A stretch of 63,477 nucleotides of DNA, filler included, from Octopus bimaculoides (Eukaryota): assembly GCF_001194135.2 (NCBI RefSeq). It is 5 parts of 4 records of this genome, joined end to end, with 100 filler letters (N's around TTAATTAATTAA, not from the genome) between each part and the next. Parts side by side here need not be neighbours in the genome. Positions count along the whole stretch, not along the records: positions 13,135 to 39,052 come from NC_068981.1; 4 more parts are not named here. One strand, 5' to 3'. The notes beneath the pieces were generated by a model. The model did no database searches and was not told the origin of the DNA. It saw only the letters and a program-made list of their open reading frames with translations. The position numbers and the translations under genes were made by a program. Positions 13,322 to 27,455 of this stretch are shown in pieces (position 1 is the first letter of the stretch; each line of letters opens with the position of its first letter).

Positions 13322-14124
13322 CAAATGTGTATATATATATATATATATGTATACACATGTATATATATACACATATATATATATATATCATAAAATTCTT
13401 GGTCTCATTTCTTTTCATAAAATATAATTTTCTTTGCAAGCCCATTTGTTCAATAAATTGTTCACCTCAACATATAAATCTTATCTTTTCACCTATATTT
13501 TCATTGTTTCTTTAATATTTTTTGTTGCCTTCAAATTGCTATTTCTTAATCTCTCTATAGTTGTAGCTACAATGTATCATTGTATTACTTTGAATAATCG
13601 ATTGAAAGTGGAATTCATTTTTGCAATTAACCTGATTTGAACAAATATGTCTATTACAATTAAGCTATATCTTTATAAAGTTATTACACCGGAAATATTG
13701 GTAGTTAGTAATTCAAAACAGTTAAATTGGTTAAGTATTACATTGTAAGATTATGAACTTTCTTAGGTAAGAGTTGTGTAAGGGACACAGCTCTGTTTGT
13801 ATCTCAGTTACACAGCTTCTTTTAATCTTTCAGTTTACCTTCAGTATTTTTGTATTATGTATTCTTACATAATTTTTCCTTGAAGGCATTGTACAGCTAG
13901 AAACTTTGACATATTTATTAAAGATCCACAATAGTTCCGAGCTTTTTGGGAAGGGGTTGTTTATTAGAAAAACGAAAATTCTTTGCTATTGATGTAGTAT
14001 TATGGTTAAACCAATCTAGGTTCATCTTCTAGCTCTTAGTTATTTAATCTTTAATACTTTAAGCACACATGCCTTTTCTTTTTTTTAATACCTGTTGCAT
14101 ATTTGTGCTTGTGTCATGCCACTC

Positions 14125-14667
14125 TGTTTCATTATAACATAGAAGATAACTTGATGTGTGATTCACATAATCATTGTTTACTTATTCACTAATGTTGGTC
14201 AGTTGGAAGAATTCATATTACCTCACCAAATGTATGTATTTCCATATGAATCAATCTGTTGGTGCTGAATAGTTTTTTTATAATTAAATACAGTCTTTAT
14301 GTAACACATAAGAAAAGTAAGCTACATTTGTGTGAAGCATTCTCTTCTACATCTAATCAATTTGGGACAATTATAAATTTATATAAAACATTTGTTCCTT
14401 GTCAATAAGTTATGGTGGTACCCAATATCTGAGTTGAAGTTACAGCTCTTCTACAGTTGAAATATTCTCATAGAACTATAACTATTTGTCGTAGCATTTT
14501 CATTGTCAAATTGTGCTCTCACATAGCAAAGGCAGTAATGCACTTTAGCTAAATACATACATTTGGTGAGGTAATATGAATTCTTCCAACTGACCAACAT
14601 TAGTGAATAAGTAAACAATGATTATGTGAACCACACATCAAGTTATCTTCTATGTTATAATGAAACA
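14125..14667. repeat. Inverted repeat: 117-bp arms, 309-bp spacer
   Basis: 14125-14241 versus 14551-14667; one mismatch by eye. Confidence 0.95.
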
Positions 14668-14879
14668 TGAATCCGCTGCAGTGTATGACAGTGTTGAGTT
14701 AATACTCTCTAATTGCAATATCTGTAGTGAATTTCAGACCTGGCTAACCTGAAGGGACACCATTTTATAAGGTCAGGGTCTTATGTTAACAAGAACATGG
14801 GTGCAAGCATGGGTATTTGGTTATGATGTATCTCTCGTAGTCACACGGTTCCTAATTCATCCTAGTCTGCATCACTGTG

Positions 14880-15300
14880 ACATGAGGATCACAAATCAAG
14901 ATAAGTAGTGCATGACCTTGAAGTGGTGCCTAGTAAGAATTTTCTTCAGGTTGAGTACCCCATCCCACTCAAAAGCTCCCTGAATAAAGTTTGTTTCAGG
15001 ATGTTGAATGAAACACCCACCTTTTCCAGAGGTGAATTATTCAAACCCCAAAGAATTCCTCTCAGCACATGGCTATGTTGCACCCTCGCTACTTCTATGC
15101 ATGATCAGAGATGCACATATTGGCAGCCACTAAGGGACATGCTCAACTGATTAAGGTCAAACAACTGACAAGCAAATCTGTGGTATTCAGCAGAATATTT
15201 GCTGTAGCCCGTCTTTTATACGAAGACAAAACAATGTACATGATAATACTTCCAATCAGTTAAGATCAGAAGCCATGAGAGCCACTGCCTGGTACTACAT
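14880..15300. repeat. Interspersed repeat of unassigned class
   Basis: More GC-rich block without an ORF that I recall as a common octopus repeat; single copy in this window. Confidence 0.4.
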
Positions 15301-16164
15301 CTAGACAAACTTATTATTGTTATTATTATTACCCTGTGCTCATAAGCAAAAGCAGGGTATTGTAATCACTTGTCTTTGTCTGTTTGTCTGCAAAATTACT
15401 GGAAAATAGGTCAATGTATTTTCACCACATTTGGCAGAAATACTCATTGGGTGAGTGGCTTGAAATGACGGACATTTGGTTCAATTATCTTTAAAAAAAA
15501 AATTCTTTTTAAATCGAACTTACAAATTTGTTCACTTTCTTTTGCATATGAATCAACCTTTGTCTGCATGAGTATGCATCATGGTGTACCTATGTGTGAA
15601 GACATGTGAGGGTACATACATACATAGATATGTAACTCTGTGTGTGTGTGTGTGTGTGTGTACAGTGATGGATTCGAGGGTTTTGTTTATTTACAAGTTG
15701 ATTTCTTAATTTCATTGGAGTATAAATACCTATAATGGTGATGCTTAAAAAAAAAAAAAGCAAAAATTAATTCAGTTCCGTTAAAGAGCATGGATATGCA
15801 ACACATTGTAAGCCACACTATAATTTGCCAAAAAATTTATTTGCATTTATTTGACATGGCACCAGCACATCGCTCCCTCTGATGCCTTTTTTTCCTTATT
15901 ATTATTATTATTTTTATTATTGTATAATACTGATTTCTAACTTTTATAAAAAGGTTATAAAATCATAAATCAAGAGAATAGGTAAAGCTGATTTTCTCTT
16001 TACTGATGCTTATTTTATCAATCTCATGTTGTCAAAAGGCAATTTTAAATTTGGTGAAATATGAACTGAGACTGTCAAGTACACGTTACTAAACACTACA
16101 AGACATTTTGTCTGGAACTACTCTGCTGTTTCTATGACTTATCACCATTATAGTGCATGTGTGT

Positions 16165-16233
<69 letters not shown>

Positions 16234-17039
16234 CAGACAGTTGTTCATTAGTCTGCATACTCTAAGAACATTTTTTTGAGCAGTAATATTTGATGTGGTC
16301 ATTGGTTATGACTGGTCAGAAAGTTATCATTGCTTTTGTGTCTATTATTACTCTTAGCAATATAGGCAACCCATCAGACCTGCTGACTCGTAGTGCATAA
16401 CCTCTTTACTAATGGAGGTACGAATACAGTCTTGGTCAACAAGGTTGTGAGAAAAATCCTGAAATGAAATTCTTTAGAGTGGAGTTTTCTTCCTAACAGA
16501 GACCAAATGTCAAACAACTACAATGGTGAAATATAGAGTACAAATGATATGGACTTGTGTTTATCACAGTTTCTCCTGCAGTTGCTCTGTATACCATAAC
16601 TAGTAATTCTATTAAGTACAACTGTAACCAGACCATTATAATGGAAGAAGACTGGATGATAGTAATCCATGAGGGGCTCTAAACACAACAATAGCAGTCA
16701 TATAACTACTTGTACCCACAAAATTATATGAGTGAGTAGACAAATGAAAGAAAAAGGGATTCAACACATTTAGTAAGAGTTAAATATATTATTGCAAGGT
16801 TAGTTTTGGCATGGTTTTTACAGCTGGATGCCCTTCCAAATGCCAACCACTTTACAATGTGGACTGGATGCTTTTTAAGTGGAACCAGCACTGGCAGGGT
16901 CATTTATTAGACATGTAATTATGTAAAATAAACAGGTTTGCAATGTTTTTTTTCTTATTTCTGTTTTTAAATAATTATGTTGGTCATATACTTCCAGGTC
17001 AATTTATACAGTTGTAATTAATATGCTTACGTATATCTT

Positions 17040-17303
17040 GACTGACCCCTGTGCTGGTGGCATGTAAAAAGCACCATCTGATTGTGGTCGATGCCAGCCC
17101 CCTCTGGCCCCTGTGCCAGTGGCACGTAAAAAAAGCACCCACTACACTCTCAGAATGGTTGGCATTAGGAAGGGCATCCAGCTGTAGAAATACTGCCAAT
17201 ATCAGACCGGAGCCTGGTGCAGCCTCTTGACTTCCCAGACCCAAGTTGAACCGTCCAACCCATGCCAGCATGGAAAACGGACGTTAAACGATGATGATGA
17301 TAT
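17040..17303 (+). mobile_element. RTE 3' UTR copy
   Basis: Family consensus ending ...ggacgttaaacgatgatgatg. Confidence 0.85.
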
Positions 17304-19097
17304 CTAAGCCAAATATTACATTCTGCACTGAATATTTGTGTGATAAAAAACCTTTCTAAGCCTATAATCAGTATCTCAAGTGTTGCATATCATTTATATA
17401 TCAAAGAGAATTTATGCAATTAATGGAAAGGAATTATCAGAGGTAATTAACTGGTATAAGTGAGTTGTTGAATAGATTTAAATATTGGCTTGAAGTTGTA
17501 TCTAATTAAAAGAAATATTCTATATTAAAGTTTATAACACTTAAACTTCTAACGAGTTTATTTTTAATATATTAAGATGGAATATATTATTGTTAATAAG
17601 GTATGCAACACATCTACAATGTGTGTTTGTCTATATACATCATCATTATCATTTTAATATCCACTTTCCCATGCTTGCATGGGTCAGATGGAATTTGTTA
17701 AGACAGATTTTCTATGGTCTGATGCCATTCCTACTGCCAGCCTTTACCTGTTTCCAAGTAAGGATATATTTCCTCATGACCTGATGCATTTTTCATGGAA
17801 GACTTCAAATGAAGGACACTCCTTGTATGATGGCAACAGTCACAACTATCAGCCGATGCCAACACAGTAACACACACACACATATATATGATAAGCTTCT
17901 TTCAGCTTCATCATCATCATCATCATCATTGTTTAATGTCCGGTTTCCATGCTGGCATGGGTTGGGCGGTTTGACTGAGGGCTGGCAAGCCAAAAGGCTG
18001 CACCAGGCTTCTATCTATCAAATCCACTCCAAGGCTTTGGTTGACCAAGGGCTATAGTAGAAGACACTTACCAAGGGGCCATGTAGTTGCAAAGCAAACT
18101 TCTTACCACACAGCCATGTCAGCTCTTATAAGTATAATTAAATTATATAATATCAAGTGAGATAAAGTGTATATATGCACATGTGTGTGTGATTGTAAAT
18201 GGCTTTGTGGTTAGGGTGCTGGGATTTACTATCGTAAGATCCTGGGTTTGATATCTGGGTTGGGTGGTGTGTTCTGTCCTTAAGCAAGGTATTTCATTTA
18301 ACATAGCTCCAATTTTTGCGGCTGAAATGAGTATAAGCAGTTATAGACACTCAGAGGATTTCTTATGTTTGCTTGTGACCACAAAGGAACCTAAAACAAT
18401 CTGCAAAAGAATGGGAGATATTCACTTAAAAGTGACAACATGATGTAAAGAAAATATTCTACCTGCTTTGTACATCATTTGTGTGTATGCGTGTGTTTTT
18501 ACACTTGTGTGTATACATTTATATTTCTTCTTGAGAGAGTGATCATTGACAACAAATCTGAGAAATGACTGACACACTAACTCCAAACGGTTCACCATAA
18601 ACTGCTGAGAATCTCCAGATCTGCAAAACTAAATCAATCAAATGCAAAGTTAATGTTCCGTCTTTTGAGTTGTTTATGCTTTATGGAATTATTACCTGCT
18701 TTTATTAGCAGGCTTGTCAGTTTTATCTTTGTTGTTCAATTTTTATTTTCTCACTTCTTCAGACTTTGTGACTGCTATTTAAGAATTAGTTCCATAAGTT
18801 TGTTGAAGTATTTCTGTTCATTCAACATTAGTGTTATTTTACTTTAGCTCGGCTGCAGAATTATAGCAGTGTGAATGTTAAAAATATCTTAGCTGTGAAT
18901 TTCTGATAGTTGGTTACTTTGTTCTAGTTTCCTCTTTTGAATCTGCCTAATTTTGAAAATATTTATATCTTCCTATTATTCTGTGAAACTATATATTCAT
19001 GTGAAGAAAACTAGTTTCTTGAAAATGTATTCTTGTATTTCATAATTTAAAAAACAAAACATTTTCAGAGTCTCTTATAATAATAATAATAATGATA

Positions 19098-19440
19098 ATT
19101 GAAAAAATGTGGTACTTCAAGGTGACTACCGTACCAGTGATTGTAGGATTTCTAGGAATGATAAAAAAAGGTACTGAAACCTATTTGAAAATGATACCAG
19201 GCTTACCATCCCTACAGGAAGTGCAAAAATCGTGTTAACTGGAACGACTCATGTACTGAGAAGAGCATTATCGATGTGAAAACAACATCCATGCATGAAT
19301 TTATTTATTTATTTTTAAATACATATTTTATCTGTGAATTTGCGTGTGTAAACTGGGAATGCATACAATGAGCTTCTCTGCCCTAGGTGCATGGAAATCA
19401 CTCGGCAAGAAATGGAAGAAAATTTGAAGAAAGAAGAAAA
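19098..19440 (+). mobile_element. 3' fragment of an R4/Dong-like (restriction-like endonuclease) LINE
   Basis: Translates KVTTVPVIVGFLGMIKKGTETYLKMIPGLPSLQEVQKIVLTGTTHVLRRALSM*; preceded by (TAA)n. Confidence 0.7.
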
Positions 19441-19459
19441 AAAAAGCAACATAATAATA

Positions 19460-19856
19460 ATAAGCCAGACATAGTCTTAATTGAGAAAGACGACAAACTA
19501 TGCTGGATCATAGATATAACATGCCCAGCTGACAACAAGGTATGTGATAAGGAAGAAAGAAAAGTCAAGGGATATGACAGGTTAGCTTGGGAAGTTAAGC
19601 AGTTTCTGTTGATGTAAAAGGTAGCAGTAGTACCAATAATTGTTGGAGCCCTTGGAACAGTGAGCAAAAATCTTGGGAAGTACATGGAAAAAATAGGAGC
19701 TGTAATAAGGGTGGAGCACTTGCAGAAAACAGCACTACTTGAAACCACTTGAATACTCCAGAAGGTGCTCGAAAAACAAGGGGTGTTACCTTAGTTCACT
19801 GGTAGTGAACAGCTGACACCGTAGTACATCTCCAGCGTTAGAAACTGTGCAAAGGC

Positions 19857-19886
<30 letters not shown>
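19460..19886 (+). mobile_element. 3' end of a second R4/Dong-like LINE with REL endonuclease motif and (TAA)n tail
   Basis: KPDIVLIEKDDKLCWIIDITCPADNKVCDKEERKVKGYDRL (PD..D..K motif), then VPIIVGALGTVSKNLGKY...LQKTALL; ends in (TAA)n. Confidence 0.8.
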
Positions 19887-19887
<1 letters not shown>

Positions 19888-20257
19888 GTCAAAACGAAGA
19901 GCGCGATTTTAGATGTTTTATTTTTTGAACAACATTTCGACAGAACGTCTGTCTTTCTCAAGTTCAAACCAAAAGGTGATTGAAAATTCAAAATTTCAGA
20001 AACCAAACGTAGACTATGAACGTGAGTAATCAGCGTCCATACGTTGATAGAATGACATCATCAAAACTGACAAAAGCTGATGATGTCATTCTATCAACAT
20101 ATGGACGCTGATTACTCACGTTCATAGTCTACGTTTGGTTTCTGAAATTTTGAATTTTCAATCACCTTTTGGTTTGAACTTGAGAAAGACAGACGTTCTG
20201 TCGAAATGTTGTTCAAAAAATAAAACATCTAAAATCGCGCTCTTCGTTTTGACTATT
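19884..20257. repeat. Long palindrome: 180-bp arms, 14-nt spacer
   Basis: 19884-20063 is the reverse complement of 20078-20257 with one mismatch; spacer aaactgacaaaagc. Confidence 0.97.
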
Positions 20258-20293
20258 TACCTTTGTGAAGAGTTACGTCAATCCTTTTTTTAA

Positions 20294-20329
<36 letters not shown>

Positions 20330-21240
20330 TAATTCTGTTTGTTTTTATGCAGTATTGACACATATTAAAATTTTGCATCAGTACTGTTAAGTTGATATAG
20401 AAGTACATTTGCCATTAAAAAACATCCATTTAAAGGAAAAATTTAGGACATAAAAATTATTAATTGCCAAAAGTAGTCTTATTTCAAATTTCTTAGCAAA
20501 TGAAAAATAATTTCTTCTTTATAAATTCACATAACTTTTATTTGTAACATTAATTAGAATTTACTGAATACCATGTATTGATTTATGATATAGGCAAAAG
20601 TCTCAAGTCTTGTAAGAAGAGCGAAGGCACTTACTTGCCTATTACTTTATTTCATTGACCTTGTAAGTATGAAAAGTAAAGTTAACTCTAGCAGAATTTG
20701 AACTCAGAATGTTCCTAACCTAAATTCTTTCAGGAATTTTGACTGTTGGTAGACCCACTCAGCCATTTCATTGCCTTAACCATCCTTGGAGTCAACCAAT
20801 GAGAGGGACATTAAATCACTACTTGCTTCTGAAGACCTGAGGCAATACATTAATACACTGGATAAGTGCTAACAACTTCTCTTGCCTTCAAGAGAAGTGA
20901 GTCACAGGAGAGACCAGACACATCCAATAAATATACTATGCTATATTACATATTTTTCACATAGTATTTATTCCTGATCATAAATCACAGCATTAAATTG
21001 AGGTTAGCACTTAACTTCAACAGTTTATACGTTTATCATCTGCTAAAGCAGAAGCATGGTTGTGTTTACATAGTTTGTATTGAAAACAATGTGGTTATGA
21101 GTTCAATTCCAGTTTGTGAACATCGTTGGTTAATGTACTATAGCTGCAGGTCAGCCCCAAACTTATGAGTGGAATTAACATACAGAAACTGAAGAAGATT
21201 GTTTCATTTCTCTCTCTCTCTCTCTCTCTCTAACTATCTA

Positions 21241-21476
21241 TCTTATTTCTTTATTACCCACAAGGGGCTAAACATAGAGGGGACAAACAAGGACAGACAA
21301 AGGGATTAAGTCGATTACATCGACCCCAGTGTGTAACTGGTATTTATTTAATCGACTCCGAAAGGATGAAAGGCTAAGTCGACCTCGGCGGAATTTGAAC
21401 TCAGAACGTAGCGGCAGACGAAATACCGCTAAGCATTTCACCCAGAGTGCTAACGTTTCTGCCAGCTTGTCACCTT
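21241..21476 (-). mobile_element. SINE family 2
   Basis: Near-consensus copy. Confidence 0.9.
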
Positions 21477-22395
21477 ATCTATCTATCTGTCTGTCTATCC
21501 CTCCCCCCTCTCTCTCTCTCTCTTTCTCTCTTTCTCTCTCTGAATATGTGAGTGATTTCTTTTTGTGCATATATGCTAAGGACTGGCAACAAAACAACAG
21601 TCTCGCTATCAAATAGAGGTGGTGCTGTATACTTGTAGTCAACCATGGAAGCACAGCCAGACTTTTTGGCATGCCCCAACAAGCTGAGTGATCTTTGTAA
21701 ACAAAAAAGGCTCATAACTATGTTCAGGTTCTTTGATAGACTATTATTACCTTGTTTGGAAATAGGTGAGGGTTGGTGACAGGAAAGGTTTCCAGTCATA
21801 AAAAATCTGCTTCGATAAATTTCATCCAATATGAGGAAAAAAAATGAACCTTATAACAATGATGACTGTAAGTTTCAATTGAAATTAGTAAATTTCAGGA
21901 AGGATTTTTTTGTTTTGATTTTCTTTTAGTTTTCTTTAATTGGAATATTTTTCTGGACTGTACCTACATCCTTTACAGACCTTCGGAAACTGGTGAGATC
22001 TCTATGGTTAATGTTCCTTTTCAGTAGTTGAAAGTTGTAGGAAAAACATAGGGAGGTGGATATGATGTGGGTGATAGAAGGTGTGAAGCGGGGGGGGGGG
22101 GCTAAGAGTACCTGAGTGAAAGTTTCGTTAGACCATCCAGCTCTGAGGAATAGAAACCTCTGTAGTTGTAGTGGAAAAGACAGAAAGAGAAGAGGTAGTA
22201 TATTTGTGGGCCGAATGTTGAAGTTAATTGGTGACCTTTCATGTGTGTGTGAGTGTGTGTTTGTGAGGAGGTTATAGTCATCTGTATGTATGGTTGTCAC
22301 TTTGTTCCAGGTGTAATATTTGTACATAAACTCCAGTAGATGTAACACGTATAAAAGTGCCATACCATTTGCAACTTATTTCATAAATTTCTGTT

Positions 22396-22799
22396 TTACT
22401 CTTTTACTTGTTTCAGTCATTTGACTGTGGCTATTTTAGAGCACCACCTTTAGTCGAGCAAATCGACCCCAGGACTTATTCTTTGTAAGCCTAGTACTTA
22501 TTCTATCGATCTCTTTTGCTGAACCGCTAAGTTATGGGGACGTTAACACACCAGCATCGGTTGTCAAGCGATGTTGGGGGGGGGACAAACACAGACACAC
22601 AAACATATATATACATATATATATATATATACATATACATATACACGGCGGGCTTCTTTCAGTTTCTGTCTACCAAAGCCACTCACAAGACTTTGGTCGG
22701 CCTGAGGCTATAGTAGAAGACACTTGCCCAAGGTGCCACACAGTGGGACTGAACCCGGAACCATGTGGTTGGTAAGCAAGCTACTTACCACACAGCCAC
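22396..22799 (-). mobile_element. Full-length SINE family 1
   Basis: Complete head, core, internal (TA/TG)n and (AAAAGAGT)n tail. Confidence 0.9.
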
Positions 22800-24407
22800 A
22801 ATATTTGTATAAATCCCAAATTATGTTGAAGATGGGCAGAATTGTTAGCACACCAGCATTTTGTCCATTTTTATGCTCTGAGTTCAAATACCACCAGGGT
22901 CAACTTTGTTTTACATCCTTTTGGGGTTGATAAAATAAATGCCAGTGTATTCAAAAGTGACTAACACCCTAACCCCATTACTGAACTTGCTGGCTTTGTT
23001 ACAAAGTTTGAAACTATTATTATTCAGATCAAATTCTGGGTTTCAAATTCTGGGTTTCATACTAGAAATTCTAAATCTAAGTAAAAATCTGTTTGCTAAA
23101 ACTGATGTTTTAAACTAATCCAGGTAAAAATAGTCATTCTAAAAATAATATTTCTGAAAATAGTTACTTGAAAATCTTTAGGAGTATAATGATTCCCTAA
23201 AATTCAATCAATTATATCAAAAATCTCTATGATAAATCAGAAAACACTCTTAATTTCACGAAATATAATTTAACTCTTTTTTGTTATCATTTCTCAAAAT
23301 GAAATACACTCTTTATATGTTTCAATTAATTTTGAAACTAATAAAAACTTGGAGGAATTTAGTAAAATTCTTACCTTTAACATTATTAAGTTCATGTTTA
23401 GAATAACTGAAAGAATACTTCTTAGAAACAATTATGATAGAAGGCATTGATATAATAAATTCGAATACTTTGGGCAATTTTCTGTCATAAAGCCAGGTGT
23501 GGTTTCAGAAAGATATGATATTTTGAAAAGAAATTTAATTTTTTTCAAAGTAAGCTTATGATTTCTTATTCTGTAGCTATAAATCTATAAAATAATATAA
23601 AATAATTGAGTTTCAAGTTAGTTATTTAGGTTTCACTCTTCATTTTAATAGATTATGTTCTTAAAATGTCTGAAGGTAGAATTTTACTATTTGTGCAGCA
23701 ACATCAATACACATTCTAATATTTATAGATGGTAAACGTCTGTCTGCAGTAAGTTAATGTCAACAATGATAAACAGATAAAAATTAAAAGCCACAAAAAA
23801 AAAAAAAAATTGAACAAATTAATGAAAAAATAAATAATTAAATTCAATTAAAAAAATACAAGTAAAAATAATCTTGGAGTGTATTTGATTTAATGATTGT
23901 AAAAGCACATTAATTCAGCTGTTAGTGATATATACTTTAATCTTACTCTATTATGAGAAAACTTTTAAACTAAATAAAATAAATTTGATAATAATATTAA
24001 ATTTTCATAGTATTAAATGCATAATAATATTGCTTACATTGATAATTTTATTTTTATATAATAATAGACTTTTGAAACAGTTGATGAAATATTCCTAATT
24101 TAAATAAATTTGTATTATTGTTTGTGAATCCCTGTTGACATTTCCCCACCCAGTCTTATGGAAATGAAAATAATGGGTTTTTTCATATGGCAAGGGCATG
24201 TGACACCTGCTGGTCAATTCTGAGAGAGTGAAAAAAGAGAAAGAGCTAAAAATGATCTACCTTAGTACTTAACTGGTACTTTATTTACCCCAGAAGGATA
24301 AAAAAGCAGAGCTGACTTTAGTGAAATTTGAACTCTGAATACAGAAAACATAGAACTGGAACAATTCTGATACTACCAATCACCCATTTATTATTAAATG
24401 ATTTAAG

Positions 24408-24620
24408 CAGCAAGCTGGCAGAGACGTTAGCATACCGGGTGAAATGCTTAGTGGCATTTCATCTGCCTTTATGTTCTGAGTTCAAATTCCGCCAAAGTCG
24501 ACTTTGCCTTTCATCCTTTCAGGGTTGATAAATTAAGTACCAGTTATGTACTGGAGTCGATCTAATTGCCTGCCCCCCTCCCCCCAAATTTCAATCCTTG
24601 TGCCTAAAGTAGAAAAGAAT
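24408..24620 (+). mobile_element. SINE family 2
   Basis: Family consensus. Confidence 0.88.
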
Positions 24621-26313
24621 ATTAAATGATATTCATCTTCTAAAGTATGAGCATTTTGAATATTTCAAACTTGACATCTTTCAGTTACCGCCAACAATTT
24701 TGTTACATTCTTTCACACATCAATTTTCAGAGAATTTTAATTATATAAAAAACCTCACCGATTTTTTTTTAAATCTAAAAATGTTCAATTAATTGTTATC
24801 AAAATGAAGCTAACAACCTTTCTTTTCACAATCCCACAATATTAGTTTTTGAATGCTTTATTTCATTAACAGACTAAAGTCACTCTCAGAGATTGACAAA
24901 CATAAAAGTAGTCGTACAATATCTGTTTCTATTTTATCATAATCATCATCATCATCATGTTTTTTGCCTTCTTTTAAAATGATAGTCATTGAACTTTAAA
25001 TTTACTTATTATTATCAAATCATGTTAACATTTCGGCAACTAAAGACTAGTTTTTACACATTCTAAAACAGAAACAAACATGAGAATCAATAAAAGCTAG
25101 AAATCTTAAACTCACACTATTTCACCCTCTTTTCCTCGATAATAAAATATGTGTACGATTGTTGAAAATTATTCTTTGAATAGAATATATAGAAAAATAT
25201 AAAAGAAACGTGCAAGTGTGTATGAGAAATGATGAAATAAAAACAAAATGCAAACTTACTGTTTTAGTTTTGGAAATATCGATGTTGAAATTCTAACTTA
25301 AATATGATACACAGCTTCTGTTTGGAAGTGGAAATCTTGCAATGTATTTCCTATCTCAACTGACGGAAATCAATAGTATTCCTTTAAGGTTAGACCTTTT
25401 TTTTCCCCCCTCTCCATTTTAGTCTCAAATTACTAACTACTAGATAGAACTCCTAGAACCTGATCTTTTTTCTTGGAATTCTTTTTCTATTGGAATTTGT
25501 AATTTATCTCATTTTAAATTATTGAAGTCACTATTTTATATTTTTGCTATATTTATCTGTTGTTGCTGCTTACAAGTGAAGTGATATCAATTTATTGTTA
25601 GATATAAAAATCATCCAACTGCACAATTAGCTTACGCATTTATTTCATCAGTCATTCTAAATATCGATAAAAAATATGAATCAGAAACTGTCTGGTAACA
25701 TGATGCTCTTATTGCTTCAATCTTTCTTTTTGTTTCTGTAAGTTGTTGATGATTTTAGAAAATGCATATATAAAACTAATGATTTATGATTACTGTCATA
25801 TAGCAATGCACTACTTCCGAAAATTAAACTTAACTAGATGATTTTGAGTTATATAGTTAAGCATGCATGCATGTAGAATATATGTTAAGTTTCTGATTAT
25901 AATATAAACATTTAATCTAAAGTTAATTAGCTTACATTTTTCTAATCTATACATTTTTATTGCTACAATTATAGTTATTTAGTCTTCAAAATATCGAAAA
26001 TGTTATCACATTTCAACTATTAATTCAGATGGATATCAAGGAAAATTTCAAGCTTATGATAAAAATTTATCTTATGTGGCAAAAATAATTATAAGCTAAT
26101 GGGTTTATTATTGGCTTTTATCAATTGACTTAATTTTCAGATTTTTAATTATTCAAGCATGATTGATTTATCGCAACAAACATGAAAGTCAGCATCCTTC
26201 TGCAATTTCTTTGGAAATCTAAATCAGAAATTGATTTAATATTGTGTAATAACAGATAAGACATAATAAAGAATAGGAATTAATACATTTAGTGTATGAA
26301 AACACAGCTATTC

Positions 26314-26662
26314 TTTTACTTGTTTCAGTCATTTGACTACGGCCATGCTGGAGCCACCACCATTAGTTGAAGAAATCCACCCCCAGTACTTATTCTATCG
26401 ATCTCTATTGCTGAACTACTAGGTTATGGGGATGTAAACACACCAACATCAGTTGTCAAATGATAGGGGTGGGGAACAAATACAGACACACACATATGAT
26501 GGGCTTCCTTCAGTTTCCATCTCCCAAATCCACTCACAAGGCTTTGGTCAGCCCGAGGCTATAGTAAAAGATACTTGCACAAGGTGCCACGCAATGGGAC
26601 TGAACCTGGAACCATGTAGTTGATAAGCAAGCTTCTTACCACATGACCACTCCTGTGCCTAT
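26314..26662 (-). mobile_element. SINE family 1
   Basis: Family consensus. Confidence 0.88.
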
Positions 26663-27102
26663 GTTGACATGACTTAAAAAAAAAACAATATATACCTTCA
26701 CTTTGACTTATGATTTTAAATCATACTTAATTTAATTACTATATTCTTAGCTATACTCCTGTGAGATAAGAGTGCACTTTTTAATGCTTATTGTTATGAT
26801 GTGGTGTTTTCCACAGTTATAATGTGAGGCCACTGTTGTGACTGTAGCTGTTGTATCTACTCCATTAGCCATGGTGTTTTCTTGGTATTGGATACAGTGT
26901 ATCTCTTCTATACTGGAACGGTAATACACTGCTATCGTGCTATCGTTGACAGCTCTGCAAGATACCAAATTTGGATTGTATACCTTGACTGTGATTCAAA
27001 CTTGACTATAACACGTAATTGTAACTCCAACTGAGAACTCATACAACGATTCTACAATGACTGACACACAACTCTCTGTACTGGTTGACATCATCTCTCT
27101 TT

Positions 27103-27455
27103 AGTGGCTTGACTTTCAAGCAGACTGTGGCCATACTGGGGCACGGCCTTGAAAATTTTAGTCAAACGAATCAACTCTAGTACTTGTTTAATTGTTTTTT
27201 TTTGCTGAACTGCTAAGTTACAAGGATGTAAACCCACCAACATCAGTTGCCAAGTGGTAGTGGAAGACAAACACAGACACACATATATATATGACGGGCT
27301 TCTTTCAGTTTCCAACTACCAGATCCACACACAAGGCTTTGGTCAGTCTGAGGCCATAGTAGAAGATACTTGCCCAAGGTGTCACACAATGGGACTGAAC
27401 CTGGAACCATGAAGTTGTGAAGTAAACTTCTTACCACAGAGCCATGCCTACACCT
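27103..27455 (-). mobile_element. SINE family 1 (more diverged)
   Basis: Family consensus. Confidence 0.85.

Noticed and set aside
25260-25660. Several minus-strand AG...GT microexon-like segments (e.g. 25260-25292, 25636-25656)
   Set aside because: They show no similarity to the expected FLAD1 continuation and such matches are expected by chance in AT-rich DNA.
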